The notes under the pieces were generated by a model, which saw nothing but the letters and a program-made list of their open reading frames with translations, did no database searches and was not told the origin of the DNA. The position numbers and the translations under genes are program-made. From assembly GCA_963715195.1 (NCBI GenBank), contig CAVQRT010000003.1:224001-288000 (forward strand): 64,000 nucleotides of DNA, written 5' to 3'. Shown here piece after piece: positions 51,046-59,571 of this stretch; positions within the stretch are counted from its first letter, which is position 1; every line of letters begins with the position of its first letter. The DNA comes from Thermodesulfovibrionales bacterium (GTDB taxonomy: Bacteria; Nitrospirota; Thermodesulfovibrionia; Thermodesulfovibrionales; SM23-35).

Positions 51046-51203
51046 TCAAAAAGAGGAGATGTTGTGAGAAAAATTATTTGTCGATACCGAAGTATGCCTC
51101 TAACTGATGGTTTCATGATATGTTTATTCACAGGGCGTTTCAAAATAATTTCAACCAAATCATCGATTTAAATTATTTTTCGAATAACGTCTCCTCTTTT
51201 TGA
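51046..51203 (+). repeat. Long-hairpin dispersed element, copy C
   Basis: TCAAAAAGAGGAGATGTTG ... TAACGTCTCCTCTTTTTGA closing stem. Confidence 0.8.
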
Positions 51204-51214
51204 TTTTACGGCAA

Positions 51215-51877
51215 TCAGACAGATTCTGAACAGATGGGCGACAGCATATCATTGAGGGGACATCCGCCGCACAGCGGATTGGTCCTCCTGCAGAAGGTTT
51301 TTCCTGCCCTGACAAAAAGCGCGTGATATTCGTTATACAGAGATACATTCCTCCTGACAGAATCGTGAAAGAGTCCCTGAAATTCATCATACGGCCTGCC
51401 GGATGCCATAATCCCGTGTCGCGAAAGTATTCGTTTCGTATACGCATCGATGACAAAGACCGGCTTATCGAGGGCATAAAGGAGTATCGAATCTGCTGTC
51501 TCCGGCCCTATGCCGTGAACCCGGAGAAGCTTTGTCCTGAGCCGACCTGCATCCTCTCCTGCCATATTCTCCATCTTTCCGCGGTAATCATTCATGAGGA
51601 ATGAAAGAAAGGATTGCAGCCTTTGAGCCTTTACATTGAAATAACCCGCGGGTCTGATCAGCAAAGCAAGTTCCTTGCCTGACAATCCATGCATATCATG
51701 GGGTGAGAGAAGATCGTGATTCTTCAAATTCTGAATGGCATTTTCCACATTGCTCCAGTTCGTGCTCTGCGTGAGAATCGCGCCAACCGCCACCTCAAAC
51801 GGAGTATCCCCCGGCCACCACTTCTGTGGACCAAAATATCGATACAGTTTTCTATAGATCACCAGCAGTGTGTTCAT
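51215..51877 (-). CDS. Endonuclease III-related HhH-GPD DNA glycosylase
   Basis: WWPG.TPFEV..GAILTQ, GIGPETADSILLY, VIDAYT, C-terminal Cys cluster. Confidence 0.88.
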   Translation of the reverse strand: MNTLLVIYRKLYRYFGPQKWWPGDTPFEVAVGAILTQSTNWSNVENAIQNLKNHDLLSPHDMHGLSGKELALLIRPAGYFNVKAQRLQSFLSFLMNDYRGKMENMAGEDAGRLRTKLLRVHGIGPETADSILLYALDKPVFVIDAYTKRILSRHGIMASGRPYDEFQGLFHDSVRRNVSLYNEYHALFVRAGKTFCRRTNPLCGGCPLNDMLSPICSESV

Positions 51878-52030
51878 TTTTAATTGTATACCATTTCACA
51901 GCCTGCTCACTATAATCAACATTTCCTGTAGAAGCGGATATAAAAAAACATAGAATCTGCACCGAAATACTGCTAAAATGAATGGGGGAACATTTAGTAT
52001 AGTTTTTTATCACATGGGAGGTTTTTAATC

Positions 52031-53377
52031 ATGGAATTACACAACGTTGTTACTGTCAAAGAAGGCCTTGTGGAAATCAGGGATCTCGATAAACTGAGAA
52101 ATATGATGGGCGGTCTCATCTATAAAGCGGTGTTTTCGGAAGGTGAAACAAAGACCGCTCTTTTGCTCCTGGTGAAGGAAATTGCGAAGGCAGCAGGTGC
52201 AGTTCCGTCGTCTATCCAATCACTCTATGAAGAGATGGGCAGGTCGTATCCAGGATTTACGGTACCGGCTATCAATATCCGGGGCCTTTCGTATGATGTA
52301 GCACGGGTTATTTTCAAAAAGGCGATGGAGATGAATGTCGGGCCTGTTATATTCGAGATAGCCCGTTCCGAAATCGGGTATACGAAGCAGCGGCCGCTCG
52401 AATATTCCGCGGTTGTGCTCGCAGCCGCAGTGAGAGAGGGATATGCAGGGCCTGTTTTCATTCAGGGTGATCATTTTCAGCTTGTCAGGAAATACTATCT
52501 CGCTGATCCAAAACCGGAAACAGAGTATGTAAAAGGATTGATCCAGGAAGCCATTGAAGCCGAGTTCTATAATATCGATATAGACACATCGACCATTGTT
52601 GATATTGAAAAGGAGACAATCAAAGAACAGCAGAGGAACAACTTCGAGATGACCGCCGAACTTGCTTCCTATATACGGTCAATCCAGCCTGCCGGTGTCG
52701 AGGTATCAATTGGAGGGGAAATCGGGGAGATTGGCGGAAAAAACAGCACTGCGGATGAACTAAGGGCATATCTCGATGGATTTCGGGAAACGTTTAAAGA
52801 GAACAAAGGCTTGAGTAAGCTCAGCGTTCAGACCGGCACGAGCCATGGAGGAGTTGTCCTGCCGGATGGGACACTTGCAAAGGTAAAGATCGATTTTGAG
52901 ACCTTAAGGACCCTTTCAGATATTGCACGGAAGGAATACGGCCTTTCCGGATGTGTGCAGCACGGTGCTTCTACCCTGCCTGAGGATGCATTTCATATGT
53001 TCCCGGAGACGGGCACATCTGAAGTCCATCTTGCCACGGGATTCCAGAATATCATGTATGACAGTGCAGCACTTCCTGCAGAATTCAGGAATGAGGTCTA
53101 CGCTTTTATGAAGCAGGAGTATGGGAAAGAATGGAAGGAAGGTCAGACTGAGGAGCAGTTTATCTACAGTACGAGAAAAAAGGGCTTTGGTCCCCTAAAG
53201 AAGAAATGGTGGGAACTGCCTGCAAACGTCAAGGAACCGATCATGAATGAGCTGAATGCAAAATTTGCCTTGCTGTTCCATAAGCTCAGGGTTACCAATA
53301 CTGTCGACATAGTAAAGAAAACCGTGAAGCCGGTAGTAGTCAAGAAGGAAATCAATGCAGAGGTGCCTGGATTATAA
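52031..53377 (+). CDS. Class II fructose-bisphosphate aldolase family protein
   Basis: VPAIN, QGDH, GEIGEIG, GTSHGG, VQHGAS. Confidence 0.85.
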   Translation: MELHNVVTVKEGLVEIRDLDKLRNMMGGLIYKAVFSEGETKTALLLLVKEIAKAAGAVPSSIQSLYEEMGRSYPGFTVPAINIRGLSYDVARVIFKKAMEMNVGPVIFEIARSEIGYTKQRPLEYSAVVLAAAVREGYAGPVFIQGDHFQLVRKYYLADPKPETEYVKGLIQEAIEAEFYNIDIDTSTIVDIEKETIKEQQRNNFEMTAELASYIRSIQPAGVEVSIGGEIGEIGGKNSTADELRAYLDGFRETFKENKGLSKLSVQTGTSHGGVVLPDGTLAKVKIDFETLRTLSDIARKEYGLSGCVQHGASTLPEDAFHMFPETGTSEVHLATGFQNIMYDSAALPAEFRNEVYAFMKQEYGKEWKEGQTEEQFIYSTRKKGFGPLKKKWWELPANVKEPIMNELNAKFALLFHKLRVTNTVDIVKKTVKPVVVKKEINAEVPGL

Positions 53378-53396
53378 GATTTTATTGTTAAGATAC

Positions 53397-53423
53397 ACCC
53401 TGCGGGCTCTGCCGCAGGGTTCT
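53397..53423 (+). terminator. Intrinsic terminator-like hairpin
   Basis: ACCCTGCGG-GCTCTG-CCGCAGGGT-TCTT. Confidence 0.55.
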
Positions 53424-53464
53424 TCACAGTAGACAATAAGCCATTCCATTATTAAGGAGGTTGC

Positions 53465-54067
53465 ATGAAATTCGTAACAAACCTTTTCATCGGGCTGTTC
53501 GTGATTATGAACATCTCTTCAGGTTTTGCTGATGACAAACAAAAACCGTTTACAAAAAAGGAGATCGCAAAAATGGCTGAATCCAGAGCAGTAATCGAAA
53601 CGAAATTCGGAAACATGGATCTGAAATTCTTTCCCGAGGTTGCACCAAATCATGTCAACAACTTTATCGAACTTGCAAAAAAGGGGTTCTATGATGGCAC
53701 AACGTTTCACCGCATTATTCCGGGCTTCATGATTCAGGGCGGAGACCCGAATTCGAAAAATCCCGATAAGTCTCAGCACGGTATGGGGGGTCCCGGATAT
53801 ACCGTAAAAGCCGAATTCAACGAAAAACCCCACAAAAGGGGTATTCTCTCCATGGCAAGGTCGGGGCATCCCGACAGCGCCGGCTCGCAGTTTTTCATCT
53901 GCGTAGCTGACGCCCCTTTTCTCAACAGGCAATACACGGTTTTCGGAGAAGTGATTTCCGGAATGGAGGTTGCCGATAAAATTGTTAGCCAGCCGAGAGA
54001 CCGGAAGGATAATCCTAACGAGAGAATCGAGATGAAGATCAGAATTATAGAAGGACCTGAGAAGTAG
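53465..54067 (+). CDS. Cyclophilin peptidyl-prolyl isomerase (exported)
   Basis: FHRIIPGFMIQGGDP, SMAR, SAGSQFFI, YTVFG. Confidence 0.93.
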   Translation: MKFVTNLFIGLFVIMNISSGFADDKQKPFTKKEIAKMAESRAVIETKFGNMDLKFFPEVAPNHVNNFIELAKKGFYDGTTFHRIIPGFMIQGGDPNSKNPDKSQHGMGGPGYTVKAEFNEKPHKRGILSMARSGHPDSAGSQFFICVADAPFLNRQYTVFGEVISGMEVADKIVSQPRDRKDNPNERIEMKIRIIEGPEK

Positions 54068-54081
54068 TATCCGATCAATAT

Positions 54082-54948
54082 ATGATGATGCGAGAACTAA
54101 AATATATTTTCTTTTTTCTGTCGGTCGTGTTCATTGCATCTCCGGCCTGTTCTCAGACAAAGACCGATGCTCAGCAAAAACCGGTTTTCAGGGTAAGCGA
54201 CCAGAAAACAATCAGCCACGCACAGATGATCGATGACCTCAAACAGGGTCAGATCGTCTTTGCCGGCGAATCGCATGATAATCAGGCACATCACCAACTG
54301 CAGCTTGATATCATAAAAACTCTGCATAGCTCCGGCAGGCCTTTGGCGGTGGGTTTCGAGATGTTTACCGAAAAAAGCCAGGGGTTCCTTGACAGGTGGG
54401 TCTCCGGCAATCTTTCCCAGGATGAATTTATCAGAGTATATTACGAAAACTGGAACTTTCCATGGCCGCTCTATCGGGATATTCTTCTCTATCTGAAAGA
54501 CAATAAAATTCCTGCTATAGGATTGAATGTGGAACCGTCTATTACCCGGAAAGTTTCACAGTCAGGCTTTGCTTCGCTGACGAAAGAAGAGCTCAAGAAG
54601 CTTCCCCCCGATGTTGGCTGTGCTGTTGACAAACACTATATGGATTTCATCCGGAGGGCATATGCGACGCACGGACACGGGAACAGGGAATTTCTTTTTT
54701 TCTGCCAGGCACAACTGCTCTGGGATCAGGTAATGGCGCGTAATATCGTCAGTTTTCTGCAGAAGAATCCGGAAAGAACAATCATTGTCATCACAGGGAA
54801 CGGGCATGCCTGGAAACGGGGGATCCCTGAACAGGTTCGCCTTTTATCTGATCAATTCAGATACCGGGTACTCTTACCGTTTATTCCGGGTCATATCGAC
54901 TCACGGTTTATTACGACCGGAGATGCGGATTATCTTTTGTCGCCGTGA
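54082..54948 (+). CDS. ChaN family (lipo)protein
   Basis: GESHDN..HH..Q, VGFEMF, Q.LWD..MA, G.GH. Confidence 0.85.
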   Translation: MMMRELKYIFFFLSVVFIASPACSQTKTDAQQKPVFRVSDQKTISHAQMIDDLKQGQIVFAGESHDNQAHHQLQLDIIKTLHSSGRPLAVGFEMFTEKSQGFLDRWVSGNLSQDEFIRVYYENWNFPWPLYRDILLYLKDNKIPAIGLNVEPSITRKVSQSGFASLTKEELKKLPPDVGCAVDKHYMDFIRRAYATHGHGNREFLFFCQAQLLWDQVMARNIVSFLQKNPERTIIVITGNGHAWKRGIPEQVRLLSDQFRYRVLLPFIPGHIDSRFITTGDADYLLSP

Positions 54949-54966
54949 TATGGTAATATTTTTCAT

Positions 54967-55043
54967 CGGGGCGTAGCGCAGCCTGGTAGCGCACACGGTT
55001 CGGGACCGTGGAGTCGAAGGTTCAAATCCTTTCGCCCCGACCA
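54967..55043 (+). tRNA. tRNA-Pro (CGG)
   Basis: CGGGGCGTAGCGCAGCCTGGTAGCGC-CACGG-TT-CGG-GA-CCGTG...GGTTCAAATCC...CGCCCCGACCA. Confidence 0.96.
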
Positions 55044-55247
55044 GCAATTTTTCTTTAAAAATATATAGTTATACCCGCCTAAATGCTCATAAAGTAGGGC
55101 ACAAGTCATTTTTCCAACACATTTCACTTCAGAGAACTACCCGTTTCAGAACAATCAAAACCTCTTCCAGAAAATCTATGAAACCTTTTTAGACAGAGGG
55201 CAAGGGGTGAGACAAGGATGGAACAATCAGAAAGATGGAGATTTATC

Positions 55248-55301
55248 TTCATAATTTATTCATATTTTCTTCGTCATTTCTTCATATTTTTTTTGTATTC
55301 T
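55248..55301 (+). promoter_or_regulatory. PhoB/OmpR-geometry promoter
   Basis: TTCAT/TTCGT at 55248, 55259, 55270 and 55281, 10-bp gap, TATTCT. Confidence 0.55.
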
Positions 55302-55626
55302 AAAAACCAGATAATAAAATTTCTTCATTTTGGCAGCCAGTAGCCCTCCTGCTGGCTGCTCACCTCCACAAAAAAAGCTGCGACATACCTCCTGAAGTCC
55401 TCTGGTAAAAGTTCTTCCCGTATCAAAGACCCATGATATCTACGAAACCGGAAGAGGGAATACTTCGATGGGGGAATGAGCTATCACGAGGCAACCATCT
55501 CACGTTCTTCTTCTCTACTCAGCATAGACGAAAACATGCAACAGAGTATTGTTACAAAACCTGCACTCAGCAGTGACACTGCGAAAATAATGTATAACAT
55601 TTACCTCCTCACTTTCTCTGTAACCA

Positions 55627-55971
55627 TCAACTGATTTTTTTACGATTAGAAGGTAGAACGCGAACTCCTGCCTTTCGATGAACTGTATCTGAAGCATGAA
55701 GTTTTTGAAAGTGATCCTTTATCTCTTCTTCAGTAAATTGGAAATGTTTTAACACCATGTAACTATCTATCTCTATTTTTTTTGAAGCCGCACAAACAAT
55801 ATTTATCATCTCACTGATTGCCACATGAGTTGGATAATCCTCTTCAATCTCAAGGGGGATGTCTTTCATAAATTTCTTTTTAAATGATTCTTTAAGATTT
55901 TTCATTTTATCCCTCTTTTCATGCTCAACACTTCTTTGTATCTCTATGTGATAGAAATTCATGCTTTTCAA
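55627..55971 (-). CDS. Hypothetical protein (start uncertain)
   Basis: AT-rich open frame, no recognisable motif. Confidence 0.35.
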   Translation of the reverse strand: MKSMNFYHIEIQRSVEHEKRDKMKNLKESFKKKFMKDIPLEIEEDYPTHVAISEMINIVCAASKKIEIDSYMVLKHFQFTEEEIKDHFQKLHASDTVHRKAGVRVLPSNRKKIS

Positions 55972-56131
55972 TAATCATTTTTATCAAAGAAAACCTCTCT
56001 TCCAAAGGGATCGTTAAATAGAAAGATGATTCCAACAAAATCGATATCAATTCCTTCATCTTATGTCTGTACTGCACTCTTTCATGCTCATTTCTCATCA
56101 TTAATACACTCATAGTATTATTTTGTATCAT
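55925..56131 (-). CDS. Small hypothetical protein
   Basis: Protein-like helical segment KELISILLESSFYLTIPLEER. Confidence 0.4.
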   Translation of the reverse strand: MIQNNTMSVLMMRNEHERVQYRHKMKELISILLESSFYLTIPLEERFSLIKMIIEKHEFLSHRDTKKC

Positions 56132-56432
56132 TCACACACCAAGAAATAGAGGGGTCCGTCTGATTTCTTTGTAAGTACTTGTCTCTTTATTCTGTAAGTA
56201 CCTGTCCTACAAGAGGGGACACAAATCTGAACTCCTTAACCTAAATGCTTAAAATACAAAGTAGATAACGAACTCAAGATTTTTATGAACCTTTCGAAGC
56301 TGCTTTTGTAGGAGGTGGCTATGAGAAAAAGAAGATGCGATTTTTGCCGACCAACCAGAAATCTCTTATTGCAATTATTTAAAGAAAGAAAAACAATAAG
56401 ATTTGTTATACTTACCATTAAGGCGGGAGAAA

Positions 56433-56771
56433 GTGAAACGTTTAGTAATATTGTCAATTATAATGTTAAGTGTTGCGTATGCAACCACGACGAAAACCAT
56501 TTTTGCAGGTCAAACAACGGAAAATATAAATGATAAATCTATATTATCCGGGAAGGTAGTTGAAACAATGGATAGCGGTAGATACACTTATGTGTGTCTC
56601 GAAAAGAACAATAAAAAGACTTGGGTAGCGGTCTATAAAATGAATGTAGTTTTGGGGCAGCACATGTCTTTTAAACCTGGAATTGAGATGGTAAATTTTG
56701 AGAGTAAAACTCTCAATCGTAAATTTGATAAGATTTACTTTTCAGGAGGGCCAATAACTATTGAGAAATGA
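56433..56771 (+). CDS. Exported OB-fold-like protein
   Basis: GTG after GGGAG; signal peptide; GKVVETMDSGRYTYV..W.A..M.NFESKTL.RKFDKIYF. Confidence 0.7.
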   Translation: MKRLVILSIIMLSVAYATTTKTIFAGQTTENINDKSILSGKVVETMDSGRYTYVCLEKNNKKTWVAVYKMNVVLGQHMSFKPGIEMVNFESKTLNRKFDKIYFSGGPITIEK

Positions 56772-57103
56772 AATGAATTATTGATAGACACAAAACCTCT
56801 TTTATCCTTCCATAGATTGTCTTTTCAAATAGCGACAAATCAATACATTCTCTGTGCCAAACCCTTCCTGGAACTGAGATTTTCAGAATAATCTCTCTGG
56901 TAGCGGGTTGCTTCTGAAAATCACCACCTCACACCGATAATTGACCAAAATTATTTTTGAAAAAGCACTATTACCATTGCGTTTATTCGTTTTTTTTATG
57001 ATAATTGAATGGGGTTATTTCTGCTGGTCAGGTTTTAATGTGAGGGCATTACTATTTGAGCGAAAACCTGATTTACTTCAATAATGAGTATTAAAGTTAA
57101 TGG

Positions 57104-58156
57104 ATGACAGCAGTGCGTAATGGCATACAGGCAAACGGAAGTGTCCAATATAGGCTTGAGCGTCTGAGACAGGTATGCGAGGACGCGAAGAATGTCTACA
57201 TCATAATATACGCAAACCCTGACCCCGATGCACTGGCAAGCGCAATTGCCCTAAAAAAAATACTTGAGACAAACAACCGCAATATCAGTATAGGGTACAC
57301 CGGGGCTATCGGGAGACCCGAAAACGCTTGTATGATAAGAAAATTGCAGATACCAGCCTTTCCCATTAATGAGGTGGAAGCAACCCAGTCTGAGGTCATA
57401 GCGATAGTGGACGCCCAACCGCAGTTTTTCACGGACTTCAGACTCCCACGCTGCGATATTGTAATTGACCACCATCCGCTGCGGGATGAAATTTCAGCAC
57501 AATTTGTAGATATAAGGTCTCAATACATATCAACTTCGTCTATCATGACGGAATATCTCAGGGCCGCGGGCATGCGCCTTACCAAAAACCTGGCAAGTGC
57601 TCTTTTTTACGGGATTAAGACGGACGCACGCAATTTCATGGCCGATATGAATCGAAGTGATGTGGAGGCAATAAGGTGGCTCAGGGGCAAGGCGGACAGA
57701 GATATCGTCAAACAGATAGAGTTCTCTCAGTTCACGCATGAGGCACTTGATTACTTCAGCATTGCACTTGTGAAAAGACGCTTTATGAAGGGAGTCATGT
57801 TTTCTCATTTAGGATCAGTTCCATTCTTCGACGTGTGCGTGCAAGTGGCGGATTTCCTGATCCGTGTGGAAGAAGTATCCTGGGCACTTGTTACCGGTGT
57901 GGTAGGCGATACATTGGTAGTAGTTTTCCGAAACGATGGCCTGAAGAAGGACGCTGGCTATCTTGCTCGTAGCACTTTCGGCGACATAGGGAGCGCGGGT
58001 GGACATAAATCCATGGGGCGCGCAGAACTGAAGCAGAACGCTTTACCAAAAGGGCTTCTTCTGTCGGATAACAAAGGTATCGAGGAGTTCGTACTGAGCT
58101 CGCTCGCAAAGATTGACCGCGTCTTTAGCCCCGTCCTTAAGTCTGTCAATAGGTAG
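57104..58156 (+). CDS. DHH family phosphoesterase
   Basis: NPDPDA, IVD, IDHH, GIKTD, SAGGH. Confidence 0.9.
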   Translation: MTAVRNGIQANGSVQYRLERLRQVCEDAKNVYIIIYANPDPDALASAIALKKILETNNRNISIGYTGAIGRPENACMIRKLQIPAFPINEVEATQSEVIAIVDAQPQFFTDFRLPRCDIVIDHHPLRDEISAQFVDIRSQYISTSSIMTEYLRAAGMRLTKNLASALFYGIKTDARNFMADMNRSDVEAIRWLRGKADRDIVKQIEFSQFTHEALDYFSIALVKRRFMKGVMFSHLGSVPFFDVCVQVADFLIRVEEVSWALVTGVVGDTLVVVFRNDGLKKDAGYLARSTFGDIGSAGGHKSMGRAELKQNALPKGLLLSDNKGIEEFVLSSLAKIDRVFSPVLKSVNR

Positions 58157-58405
58157 TTTCTTTTCAAAAACAGGAGGCACTTTGTGCCTGTTCCGCTCAA
58201 ACGAAAAACTTATGGCGATTGATCTGCGCAAAATTATGCTGCCTCTGGGTTAAAAGATGCAAACTGGTTGCAAGCAGATGCCAACCACAATTTCTTCCAG
58301 AACATTTACCTGTTGCGAACCTGATATAATTATGCATAGTTCTTCTAACGAAAATAAGCATGTCTGAGGGAAAACAAACACTGCTAACTTTAAGAGAGAG
58401 AACAT

Positions 58406-59437
58406 ATGGAACTTCACTTTGATAAAACTAACGGACCTGTAGACGACGCTATCTACCAATTAATGGAACTCGCAGGCCCTCTGCGTTACCCAGAACTTGT
58501 CCGCGAAATGATATTGGCTGCTCTGAAGGCTGGCCAAGAAAACACTGAGGAAGCAGACCTTAAACTCATGAACAGCACACTCAAGGAAATGCGGTTTACC
58601 TCTAAAGTGTTTGGTCCTTACCGCGGCATGCGAAAAGTGACTGTTTTTGGCTCAGCGAGGACACAGACTGAAGAATCAGTTTATAAGATGGCCCGTCTTT
58701 TGGGGCAAAAACTTGTTAAAGCAGGGTACATGGTAATCACGGGAGGAGGGGGCGGGATCATGCAGGCGGTTAATGAAGGGGCCGGGCCGGAACATTCTTT
58801 TGCTGTGAATATTAGACTTCCCTTTGAGCAGAAGCCAAATCCAGTAGTCGAAGGGAATCCTCGTCTTATTACATATAAATATTTTTTTAACCGAAAAGTT
58901 GCCTTTCTCAAAGAGGCCAGTGCCATTGTGCTTTTTCCAGGAGGGTTTGGTACGCTTGATGAAGCAATGGAAACCCTCACACTGTTGCAAACTGGCAAGC
59001 ACGATCCCATTCCGCTTATTCTCGTGGATGAACCTGGTGGTACTTATTGGTTGAAGTGGCTTCAGTTTTTTGGAGAAGAACTTATGAGCCAGGGTTATAT
59101 TAACGCCTCTGATTTTTATCTGTTCGAACGACTAGATTCGGTGGATGCTGTGGTGGAAAGCATTAATCATTTCTATCGTCGATATCACAGCATCCGCTAC
59201 GTTGAAAAACAGATGGTGATCCGACTCTCATCAGGTATTGAGCCACAATCTGTTGAAGAATTGAAAGACCAATTTCAAGATATTCTGATACCGGGAGGCA
59301 ATATATATCTTTCTGGTCCTTTGCCTGCAGAAGCCGACGATCCAGAAGTTGTGAATCTGCCCCGTCTCATAGTAGACTTCAACCGCAAGGACTTCGGTAG
59401 GCTTCAATATCTTATAGAGGCAATTAACAACTATTAA
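58406..59437 (+). CDS. LOG family protein
   Basis: VFGSAR, ITGGG.GIM, PGGFGTLDE. Confidence 0.9.
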   Translation: MELHFDKTNGPVDDAIYQLMELAGPLRYPELVREMILAALKAGQENTEEADLKLMNSTLKEMRFTSKVFGPYRGMRKVTVFGSARTQTEESVYKMARLLGQKLVKAGYMVITGGGGGIMQAVNEGAGPEHSFAVNIRLPFEQKPNPVVEGNPRLITYKYFFNRKVAFLKEASAIVLFPGGFGTLDEAMETLTLLQTGKHDPIPLILVDEPGGTYWLKWLQFFGEELMSQGYINASDFYLFERLDSVDAVVESINHFYRRYHSIRYVEKQMVIRLSSGIEPQSVEELKDQFQDILIPGGNIYLSGPLPAEADDPEVVNLPRLIVDFNRKDFGRLQYLIEAINNY

Positions 59438-59571
59438 CAGCCCTTACACAGCAAATCCCCATCGCCTTCCCGGAATAAACACTTTTTCGAAGTACTGATC
59501 GAAAGTGAGAGTTCAATTCGAAATGCGCAAAAAAAATATTGGTTTCCAAATGAATGTGCTATAATCTCAAC

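Noticed and set aside
51019..51060. LexA/SOS box upstream of uvrB
   Set aside because: No CTGT-N8-ACAG or GAAC-N4-GTTC pattern visible.
9344..51203. Hairpin element read as integron attC sites or CRISPR repeats
   Set aside because: Ends read GTT...AAC rather than RYYYAAC...GTTRRRY; no integrase, spacer array or cas genes in the window.
55360..55386. Minus-strand minigene MSQLFLWR
   Set aside because: AGGAGGT abuts the ATG with no spacer, and no downstream operon suggests attenuation.
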